Both the position numbers and the translations under genes were made by a program. This document shows, piece after piece, positions 8,723 to 15,564 of a DNA stretch of 64,000 nt (position 1 is the stretch's first letter; every line of letters begins with the position of its first letter). The notes beneath the pieces were generated by a model that was not told the DNA's origin, ran no database searches, and worked only from the letters and a program-made list of their open reading frames with translations. Source of the DNA: Gemmatimonadota bacterium (GTDB lineage: Bacteria > Gemmatimonadota > Gemmatimonadetes > Gemmatimonadales > GWC2-71-9); assembly GCA_039589275.1 (NCBI GenBank), contig JBDHHP010000010.1, forward strand, positions 15-64,014. Direction: 5' to 3'.

Positions 8723-9424
8723 AGCCACTCCCTGACGTTCAACAGAACCGTGAATGAAGAACTCAGTTGTCTGCGTCATCTTGCCTATCCAGCCAAGCCG
8801 TCCTAGGCGACGCTCCAGTTCTGCTGCATCATGGAACACCTTGATCACAGTGAATTGACGACCGTCGTTGAGTCGCCGTTCGACTGTGCCGCGAGTGGTA
8901 CTGGCCAGACTATGGTCTACGGCAGTGGACTCTGGGGTAAAGCGACTATCGACGAGAAAAACGCGACCACCCGGCTTGAGGGCCTGTTCAACGAGACACC
9001 AGAAATCCCCGAAGCGATTCGGTGGAACATGTGAAAGCCAGAAGCCGAAGAACACGAAGTCGTAGCGACGTTTCGGCTCCCACGTGAAGATATCTGATAC
9101 GACATACTCGACTCTCGGATCTTCAAGCCGGCTGCGATTGATCACGATGGCTTCAGGTGCTGCATCCACTGCTGTGACGGTGACCGCGCGCTTGACGAGT
9201 TGTTCGGTCCATATGCCAGTGCCACACGCATACTCCAAGACATCGCCACGCGGATCACAGTGTTCGAGTGCCTCTCGGACCTCCTTGACCTCGCCGAACC
9301 ATCGACGCTTGTGTTCTAGTCCTCGGTCATATCTCCCCTGACGCAAGAACCACTCATCATATTCGCCAGCACGTTCCCGATAGTACCGTATCTGCTCGTC
9401 GAGGAGGATTCGATCGCTATCCAT
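8717..9424 (-). CDS. Class I SAM-dependent methyltransferase
   Basis: Start taken at ATG 9424 (MDSDRILLDEQIRYYRERAGEYDEWF). Motif I is VLEYACGTGIWTEQL, followed by VDAAPEAI and GGRVFLVD. Confidence 0.8.
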   Translation of the reverse strand: MDSDRILLDEQIRYYRERAGEYDEWFLRQGRYDRGLEHKRRWFGEVKEVREALEHCDPRGDVLEYACGTGIWTEQLVKRAVTVTAVDAAPEAIVINRSRLEDPRVEYVVSDIFTWEPKRRYDFVFFGFWLSHVPPNRFGDFWCLVEQALKPGGRVFLVDSRFTPESTAVDHSLASTTRGTVERRLNDGRQFTVIKVFHDAAELERRLGRLGWIGKMTQTTEFFIHGSVERQGVAG

Positions 9425-9456
9425 ATCAGACAACTGGCTGGTTAGCTTGGCTGACC

Positions 9457-10518
9457 TCACCCGCGGTCTTTGTGTTTTGGGTGGTGTTTCATCGTTTTCA
9501 TCGCGGTCTTCCACTCAGACACTGCGGCTGCGCGAGCGCGGGGATCGGTCTTCCGCGTCTCATATGCGGCTTCGGCCCGGAGCTTCCTAAAGCTGTTCAA
9601 GCGCTCTGGGGCCAAGTCTCCGGTTTCTATCGCCTCTTGGACTGCGCAGTTCGGCTCTCCCTCGTGTCGGCAATCCCGGAACCGACAACCATGGGAAAGC
9701 TCCTCGATGTCCGGGAAAGCGTGGTCCAGTCCCTCCTCCAAAGCCCAGACGCGCAGCTCTCTGATCCCAGGCGTGTCGAGGAGGAGCGCCCCACCGGGGA
9801 TCCTGTACAAGTCCCGCCGGCTCGTGATATGTCGACCCTTTCGATCACTGCCGCGTACTTCACCGGTCGCGGCAACGGTTTCTTCGGAGAGCAGATTGAC
9901 CAATGTGGACTTTCCGACTCCGGATGGCCCGAGAAGGGAGACTGTGGATCCTGGTTCCAGGGTGTTTCGGAGGGTTTGGACACTCTCACTATCCCTGGCG
10001 CTCACGATCCGGATAGGCACGCCGAGTGCGACGGTCTCAACCTGCGATACCCATGCTTCCAGGTCGTCCGTCAAATCCGACTTGGTGAGAATGATCTCCG
10101 GAGAGGCGCCGCTGTCCCACACCACAGCCAAATAGCGTTCGAGACGCCGTGGGTTGACATCCAAGTCCAGGCCGTGAACGACCCAGACCTTGTCCACGTT
10201 TGCCGCCAATAGCTGTTCAGACTTGCCTGTGCCCGCCGCCCCTCTGGATATCCAAGACCGGCGCGGAAACACAGCCCGGATTGACCATGGGTCGTCTGGC
10301 ATAGGACCCGGCTCAGCAAGGACCCAATCCCCGATCACCGGGTAGCGATCTTTACCTGAAGCGGACGGAAACCGCGCAGTTTCCGGGCCCGAGTCTGTTC
10401 GCACCGACCAGCTCGCTCGGTCCTGGCCCACAATGCGGGCAACGCTTGAGGAATCGGCACCTAGCTGTTCAGCTTGTTGTGCCCACTGGTCATCCCAACC
10501 CCATTCCCTCAATGTCAT
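9457..10518 (-). CDS. rsgA: Ribosome small-subunit-dependent GTPase A (RsgA/YjeQ-like)
   Basis: Circularly permuted GTPase order: TKSDL (G4), then GPSGVGKSTLVNLL (G1), then DTPG (G3). C-terminal zinc knuckle CRFRDCRHEGEPNCAV. Confidence 0.85.
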   Translation of the reverse strand: MTLREWGWDDQWAQQAEQLGADSSSVARIVGQDRASWSVRTDSGPETARFPSASGKDRYPVIGDWVLAEPGPMPDDPWSIRAVFPRRSWISRGAAGTGKSEQLLAANVDKVWVVHGLDLDVNPRRLERYLAVVWDSGASPEIILTKSDLTDDLEAWVSQVETVALGVPIRIVSARDSESVQTLRNTLEPGSTVSLLGPSGVGKSTLVNLLSEETVAATGEVRGSDRKGRHITSRRDLYRIPGGALLLDTPGIRELRVWALEEGLDHAFPDIEELSHGCRFRDCRHEGEPNCAVQEAIETGDLAPERLNSFRKLRAEAAYETRKTDPRARAAAVSEWKTAMKTMKHHPKHKDRG

Positions 10519-10546
10519 CCGTCCACCCTACCTAATCTCAAGGTCA

Positions 10547-10572
10547 GCTCAACGGACCGGCGCATTGGCTGC
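10547..10572 (-). repeat. Extra, orphan attC arm (half-site duplication)
   Basis: GCTCAACGGACCGGCGCATTGGCTGC duplicates the arm GGCTAACGGTTCGGCGCATAAGCTGC found 60 bp away. No matching second arm is present. Confidence 0.5.
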
Positions 10573-10606
10573 ATGCGCTGACTCACTGGCCGCAGACTCG
10601 GTAGCT

Positions 10607-10738
10607 GGCTAACGGTTCGGCGCATAAGCTGCGAGCCGCTCTTCACCAGCAACCTCGATCTCGGTTCAATCATTGTCGCTTTCTTGCCTCAAACCAACGG
10701 GCACCGCGCGCCCGACATGCTTCATGCGCCTGTCAGGT
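10607..10738 (-). repeat. attC-like recombination site
   Basis: GGCTAAC-GGTTC-GGCGCATAAGCTG ... GCTTCATGCGCC-T-GTCAGGT (132 bp). One core has a T-to-C change. Confidence 0.7.
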
Positions 10739-10787
10739 GGCCCAAGCCTCCCTTCATTCCGACGACTACGAAAGCCCCACTCTATAC

Positions 10788-11294
10788 TCACGGGCTACTC
10801 GACTGTCGTGTCAAAGGAACGCGATTGAAGGGACAACTGTATACTCGACACTGCTTGCAGAAGTGAAGCAACTGGCCCGAATACCACGCACCGGCAGCGA
10901 TCACAAACGCAACCAGAAGGCCTATGTGTGAAACCAGCCAAAACACCGGATAAGTTGGTATGAGAATGAATATTACTAGGAACCGAGACTTTTCGACGTT
11001 GCTGAGGGGCGTGCTCTTTGTTCTCTTGATCAGCCACCTCGTCAGACTCGGGGGTGCTTGAAGGCAATCGCCGTACACATGGAGATGGGGGCACCTTGGA
11101 CAATTTAGGTGCCTCATTACGATCCCTGGAATTCCATACCAAAATATCACGATGTATGGAAGGACCCAGGGCCAATCTTCAAGCAGAATACCGACAGTAC
11201 CCAGGATGCCCATGGCCCAAAACGAAAGCTGAGCGTAGGCCTTTTCCCAGACAGTGAATCCTTCTGCAAGTTTGCACTCAGGCTCTCGGTTCAT
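10788..11294 (-). CDS. Hypothetical polytopic membrane protein with two Cys clusters
   Basis: 168-aa ORF with 4-5 hydrophobic segments. Motifs: NCPRCPHLHVYGDC and FCKQCRVYSCPF. Visibly more A+T-rich than neighbouring DNA. No family recognised. Confidence 0.55.
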   Translation of the reverse strand: MNREPECKLAEGFTVWEKAYAQLSFWAMGILGTVGILLEDWPWVLPYIVIFWYGIPGIVMRHLNCPRCPHLHVYGDCLQAPPSLTRWLIKRTKSTPLSNVEKSRFLVIFILIPTYPVFWLVSHIGLLVAFVIAAGAWYSGQLLHFCKQCRVYSCPFNRVPLTRQSSSP

Positions 11295-11500
11295 GCTGGG
11301 CCTCCGAGTTCATGCTACCAGTTTGCCTTCGATGCTTTTCTGATATCCAGTGGAACAAGCAACCCGCGGGCCGCCTAACGACCCTGCGCATAAGCTGCGA
11401 ACGTAATCTCAAATGCTGCATGAACACCTCGGCATTCAATGACCTTGCCAAGCCCACAAATCAACTGCTCCTGTCGCGTTCGTCACGCTTCATTTGCCTG

Positions 11501-12126
11501 ATACTCATAAAGGCCTCCTCTGGATCTTACTAGCGAAGTAAGCTCTGGGCTCGTGAACCATTAGACCGAGGAGACCTTTATGAGATTCTACACCAAGCAC
11601 CACAGACACTACTGCGGCATCGATCTCCATGCTCGCTCCATGTACCTCTGCATCCTCGACGAGGCTGGAACAGTCCTGCTGCACCGCAACCTGCGTGCAA
11701 AGCCGGATGCCTTCCTAAAAGCTGTAGCTCCATACCGGGAAGATCTAGACCACGATACAGAGTGCGTCCGAGACACAAACACCCGGAACCCCGGCGCTTG
11801 ATTCGACACCCACTTCCGCTCCAAACATTCGGCGATGCGCGCAACGTGTGTTCTGCCCCTCCCCTTTCCCGAGCCTGCAGCTAACTGAACCACGGATGAG
11901 GTCGACGCTTGAGTAGGACGGCACGAGGGCACAGATGAGTTTCTAGGCCACAGGAGGGAGGTACTACATCCCCCTGCACTTCGTGAGCCTCGATAGGTGT
12001 TGGGTGCAGAACACCCTGTCCTGCACCAGCAACTGAAATGAAGTCAGAACCAGCGTCGGGCATCCAACGGGAACCATACCCCGTCTTGTCTACTTACGCC
12101 CGCTTGACAGAGGAGGCCTTATAAAT
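11501..12126 (+). mobile_element. Internally deleted IS110-family (IS1111-like) element inserted in an attC
   Basis: Subterminal inverted repeats AAGGCCTCCTCTG (11510-11522) and CAGAGGAGGCCTT (12108-12120). Carries a 73-codon transposase N-terminal fragment. At about 0.6 kb it is far shorter than an intact element of this family. Confidence 0.65.
11580..11801 (+). pseudogene. IS110-family transposase, N-terminal fragment
   Basis: MRFYTKHHRHYCGIDLHARSMYLCILDEAGTVLLHRNLRAKPDAFLKAVAPYREDL matches the start of the DEDD-type IS110 transposase domain. The frame then degenerates and stops. A GGAG Shine-Dalgarno lies upstream. Confidence 0.75.
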
Positions 12127-12148
12127 GTTAGGCGGCGCGGTGTTCATA

Positions 12149-12733
12149 TCAGTATTGCAGCGACTGCAGAGTCGACGCGAGGTCCCAGCTGTCTTGATTT
12201 CGGACATACAGAACAAAGACGCCCCGGCCACACAACAGGCCACAGAGGGCGTCCACTGCCACAAGTGCGCTATCACCGGTCGGAGCGAAGCCCACGCGGG
12301 AAACGTAATAAGTGGTCCCGACGTCCGGCGTCTGTTCGGTCGGTGTGTCGACCAGCTGCACACGCCAGCCTGGCACGCGCAACGCTTCGTCTAGTAGCCG
12401 GGCATGCCGGTTCGCCCGCCAGTAGCTGGCGACGAGAGTCGGATAGCGAGTCCGTTCGAGGCCAAAGCCATCGATGGCCGCAGTCCAAGCAGCAGAGTCA
12501 GGAAACTCCGCAGTTCGTGCCTGAAGTCTGCTATGGAGTCGAAGGACTCCAATTGAGTCTGGCTTACCGGCGAACTCTGAGAGTGCCAACGCGGCAACCT
12601 GTAGCTCTACATCGGTCGTTCCTGGCGGGTCTGCCGACGGCGAGTAGCTACATCCCGCGAGCACTGCACCGAGCAACAAGGCAGTCAGACGTTGCACCGA
12701 ACGCGGGTCGCACAGCCTAACGGACCGGCGCAT
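12149..12733 (-). CDS. Hypothetical lipoprotein (cassette-borne)
   Basis: Best start is ATG 12733: MRRSVRLCDPRSVQRLTALLLGAVLAGCS (lipobox LAGC). That ATG lies inside the upstream attC. No family recognised. Confidence 0.55.
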   Translation of the reverse strand: MRRSVRLCDPRSVQRLTALLLGAVLAGCSYSPSADPPGTTDVELQVAALALSEFAGKPDSIGVLRLHSRLQARTAEFPDSAAWTAAIDGFGLERTRYPTLVASYWRANRHARLLDEALRVPGWRVQLVDTPTEQTPDVGTTYYVSRVGFAPTGDSALVAVDALCGLLCGRGVFVLYVRNQDSWDLASTLQSLQY

Positions 12734-12846
12734 ATGCTGCGGGCAGCTCCCTACCAGCCAATCAGGTCTTAGTCCAAACACTGTTTCACCCTCGTCCCAA
12801 ATCAACGGGCACCACGTGCCCGTCACGCTTCATGCGCCTGTTAGGC
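12715..12846 (-). repeat. attC-like recombination site
   Basis: GCCTAAC-GGACC-GGCGCATATGCTG ... internal hairpin GGGCAC-CAC-GTGCCC ... CGCTTCATGCGCC-T-GTTAGGC (132 bp). The terminal 7-mers are perfectly complementary. Confidence 0.85.
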
Positions 12847-12865
12847 AGATCGCAACACGCAGTGA

Positions 12866-13528
12866 CTACCACCGAACTACCAGCGGAACTGCAGGCCGCA
12901 TATCCAATGACTCCCGTGCACTAGAGTCGTCAAGCTCAACTTCCAACACGGGAACAGAGTCCTCACCGACGCTGACGTTGACAAGACCAAGCGCACAGAA
13001 CGCTGTGAACTCATCTGACGGCTCGTCAACTTGGCCAAGTGTGAGTGAAACCTCTGTCACACGACGCGCACCATTGGGGTGCGTCGGACATCCGTATCCA
13101 GGACCTGATTTCCACGGGAGAACAAAGAGCAACGGCTCAGCTAGTCGGTCAGAGTTGTTGCCGGTTGGAATCGCCGCACCATTGGGCAAATACGGTGGGC
13201 GGTATGCCCAAGTACTAAAGGGGATCGACGACTTACTGTCTGCAGCGCATCGGAATCCAAATCCGAAGGGAAGCGCAGTCTGCTCGGGATCTGCGCGTTG
13301 TGCTAAACACGTCCGCCGTATCGCGGTTGACTCAGCTTCGCGCCGGTCTTCCAGCCACAGGAACTCGACATACGAATCCTCGAAGAACACTCCTGTGCTC
13401 GCAGTACCCTGACCGGGATGACGATTTCGCTCTCCCTCCTTGAACCCAGCTCGCACGAGAGTCGCCATTTCGGGAGCACCATACGTTACGACTACGAACA
13501 TGTGATCTAGTTCAAGCAAGGCCTTCAC
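12866..13528 (-). CDS. Glyoxalase-like (VOC-superfamily) domain protein
   Basis: LELDHMFVVV...AGFKEGERNRHPGQGTASTGVFFEDSYVEFLWL resembles the glyoxalase-like domain family. Start is GTG, 25 nt from the attC core. Confidence 0.65.
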   Translation of the reverse strand: MKALLELDHMFVVVTYGAPEMATLVRAGFKEGERNRHPGQGTASTGVFFEDSYVEFLWLEDRREAESTAIRRTCLAQRADPEQTALPFGFGFRCAADSKSSIPFSTWAYRPPYLPNGAAIPTGNNSDRLAEPLLFVLPWKSGPGYGCPTHPNGARRVTEVSLTLGQVDEPSDEFTAFCALGLVNVSVGEDSVPVLEVELDDSSARESLDMRPAVPLVVRW

Positions 13529-13552
13529 CCCTGTCGATGCTAAGGCGAAGCC

Positions 13553-13685
13553 GTCTAACGGACAGGCGCATAAGCTGTGGGCTTCTCCTCACCAACAACT
13601 CCGCTTTTCGTTCAATCACTGTCACTTCCTCGCCCCAGAATCAACGGGCACCACGCGCCCGTCACGCTTCATGCGCCTGTTAGGC
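13553..13685 (-). repeat. attC-like recombination site
   Basis: GTCTAAC-GGACA-GGCGCATAAGCTG ... CGCTTCATGCGCC-T-GTTAGGC (133 bp). Confidence 0.85.
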
Positions 13686-13693
13686 AGCAGTCA

Positions 13694-13987
13694 TCAACGG
13701 TCCAGTGCACCATCGTCAATGCGCCTTGGTTCGCTCCTCTTTGACTGCAGTAATAGCTCCGTCGTATCAAGTCGCTCCTGAACTTCAACTAGCTCCTCGC
13801 GCACAGCTTCGAGTTCAGCGGCCAGCCGCTCCAGCCGGGCGCTGTCAGCTCGCCCATGGCGGAGGCGCTCGATCAATGCACGGCCAATCTCTGTTCTCGA
13901 AACCAGCGCAGCGCTACCTCCGACGATTACAAGTGGGACGCCGACGGTTAGGATGATGTCCGGCAGGAGGTAGAGGAAATTGAACAA
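13694..13987 (-). CDS. Small membrane-anchored coiled-coil protein (hypothetical)
   Basis: 97 aa. N-terminal TM segment FLYLLPDIILTVGVPLVIVGGSAALV, then heptad-like RLERLAAELEAVREELVEVQERLD. No family recognised. Confidence 0.5.
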   Translation of the reverse strand: MFNFLYLLPDIILTVGVPLVIVGGSAALVSRTEIGRALIERLRHGRADSARLERLAAELEAVREELVEVQERLDTTELLLQSKRSEPRRIDDGALDR

Positions 13988-14080
13988 GGCTCCTCCATGG
14001 ATCGCTTCAGCTTGGCTTACTCCGACATTGCCATATCGGCGGGTCCTGTGCCCCCAAATCTGCTGCTCTGAGCAACAGCT

Positions 14081-14212
14081 GTCTAACGGACCGGCGCATA
14101 AGCTGCGGGCAACTCCTCACCAACAACTCTGATCTCAGTTCAAGCATCGCCTTTTCTAGCCCCAAATCAACCAGGCATCCCGCGCCCGTCACGCTTCGTG
14201 CGCCTGTTAGCC
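14081..14212 (-). repeat. attC-like recombination site
   Basis: GTCTAAC-GGACC-GGCGCATAAGCTG ... CGCTTCGTGCGCC-T-GTTAGCC (132 bp). Confidence 0.85.
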
Positions 14213-14240
14213 TGCAGTCAGGCTATGTACTTGACATGTC

Positions 14241-14269
14241 TTGACTTACACAGCCCGACACCATAGAAT
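14241..14269 (+). promoter_or_regulatory. Near-consensus sigma70-type promoter (TTGACT-N17-TAGAAT) pointing away from the cassettes
   Basis: -35 TTGACT at 14241-14246, a 17-nt spacer, -10 TAGAAT at 14264-14269. A second TTGACA lies 10 bp upstream. Confidence 0.35.
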
Positions 14270-14287
14270 TCTGGTTGGAAAAAGGTA

Positions 14288-14340
14288 CCCCCCTGGTAAC
14301 AAGAGCCCATGGGGCTCTTCCGCAAGGATAGCCAGGGGGG
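14288..14340. terminator. Nested GC-rich hairpin, probable bidirectional terminator
   Basis: Outer stem CCCCCCTGG/CCAGGGGGG; inner stem AAGAGCCC-ATG-GGGCTCTT. On the minus strand it is followed by TACCTTTTT, directly 3' of the DUF3800 ORF. On the plus strand it is followed by TCAGCTTTTC. Confidence 0.55.
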
Positions 14341-14357
14341 TCAGCTTTTCTGGCCAC

Positions 14358-15005
14358 CTAGTAGAAGTTGTCTGAGCCACCCGCGAAGATCTCAAACTCA
14401 CTCCTCACAAAGCGTGAGATCATCCTGTACGGCCGAGTCTCCCCATCCTTCCACTTCTTGTATATGGCCCAATTGCAGTAGTCAGCAGCCTGTAAGCATG
14501 CGTGCGAACCGGACGAATGATGCAGAACCGAAAAGGGGCGCCGGCCAAGATTGCCACGGATGTACGATTTGAACGCCTTCTCAATAGCCCTTCTGCGCTT
14601 CTTCACCGGAAGCGTGTCAGTGATCACGACAACACGTTCGGCAGGATCGTTGTATCGGTTGAACACGTATCGCAACAAGTAGTTCGCGAATTGTGGATAG
14701 AACCGGATCGGATCGTGTAAAACCGGGTTCGCCTTCCGTTTTTTTACAATCACGGCGTCGAAATCAAAGTCCCCAACATCGGCTAGTATCTGGAAGACCT
14801 GGTCGCGCACGCTCTGGCGATCTTCACTTGCATGGAACTCCTCGATTTCCACCCCTTGCGTGATGAGATCGTAGCGAAGGTCACTCAGCGGGCGCAGGAG
14901 AGAGGCTGGCTCTCGCGTGGTGAGCGCGCCAAACACAATGTACTTCGAGCCGCTTGGCGAAAAGTTCAGATCGCCCGACTCGTCAAAGAACAAGAAGACA
15001 CTCAC
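14358..15005 (-). CDS. DUF3800-like protein
   Basis: The recognisable region starts at VSVFLFFDESGDLNF and ends at HACLQAADYCNWAIYKKW (DESG ... QxAD pattern of DUF3800). Start placed at in-frame GTG 15005. The track ORF extends to 15512, but those 169 extra residues are low-complexity and contain no internal ATG. Confidence 0.6.
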   Translation of the reverse strand: MSVFLFFDESGDLNFSPSGSKYIVFGALTTREPASLLRPLSDLRYDLITQGVEIEEFHASEDRQSVRDQVFQILADVGDFDFDAVIVKKRKANPVLHDPIRFYPQFANYLLRYVFNRYNDPAERVVVITDTLPVKKRRRAIEKAFKSYIRGNLGRRPFSVLHHSSGSHACLQAADYCNWAIYKKWKDGETRPYRMISRFVRSEFEIFAGGSDNFY

Positions 15006-15564
15006 TTGGTATTGATCCGAACTTGCATCCTCCTGATATGCTGCAGGCCAACTCGTTGTATCCTGCGCAGCCCCGCCCCTGACCCTGCAGCATACTCCGC
15101 ATAACACCACATCGGCGATGCGAGAGGCTGCAGAAGACGCTGGATAATGTGCTGCATGAAATCCGACCGTTATCGATCGAAAACAGGGCTCTGGGAGGGC
15201 GACTGATCCGATGCTAACATCTGCTACCGCGGGACTATCCGCTAGTGCGGTCCGGGGACACCATATGTCGTTCTTTGGGACACCGATCGGTCGTTCCGGC
15301 CCGACAGCGACCGAGAAGGTCCGCCGGTGACGAACCTCCCGCGCTACCAGGGCCCAGCAGACCGACTCCTTTCCTTCAAGGGGCAACGCGGCCCATGGCC
15401 GCTCGGCGATACTGCTGAGAGCCCCCAAGCTCTCACCGCCAAGTGAGTGCGAGGATTCCCGACCCACACTCTGCGACCCGGACGAGTCAACCATCTGAAT
15501 ACTCGCGGCCAACCGCGCCGGAACGCATCACCGCGCTGCCCCGAAAGACGCCGTGATAAGACAG

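Larger units (their letters stand above)
11373..12133 (-). repeat. attC-like site interrupted by an IS remnant (11373-11500 plus 12127-12133)
   Basis: GCCTAAC-GACCC-TGCGCATAAGCTG ... CGTCACGCTTCATTTGCCTG, then a 626-bp insertion, then GTTAGGC. Joining the two pieces restores the family's right arm. Confidence 0.7.
8590..14212 (-). mobile_element. Integron-type gene-cassette array without integrase in the window (CALIN-like); relics extend to about 4415
   Basis: Six related ~132-bp attC-like sites alternate with co-oriented minus-strand ORFs. See the individual attC features and finding 1. Confidence 0.75.

Noticed and set aside
14007-14192. 61-aa ORF lying inside attC 14081-14212. The first 31 codons of ORF 12149-12826 similarly lie inside attC 12715-12846.
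   Set aside because: The similar peptides (MTG..C...SCPQ.MRRSVR) reflect conserved attC DNA, not a protein family. Only the inner ATG is considered as a possible borrowed start (see findings).
8590-14212. Possibility that the regularly recurring ~132-bp repeats form a CRISPR array.
   Set aside because: The repeats are about four times too long. They are imperfect and internally palindromic with complementary ends, and they are separated by 0.3-1.9 kb segments that contain whole genes. No cas genes are present.
15006-15512. 169-codon N-terminal extension of the DUF3800-like ORF.
   Set aside because: There is no internal ATG, the composition is low-complexity Ser/Ala/Gly/Arg, and no domain signature is visible. 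It is treated as probably non-coding, although homologue comparison is needed to be sure.
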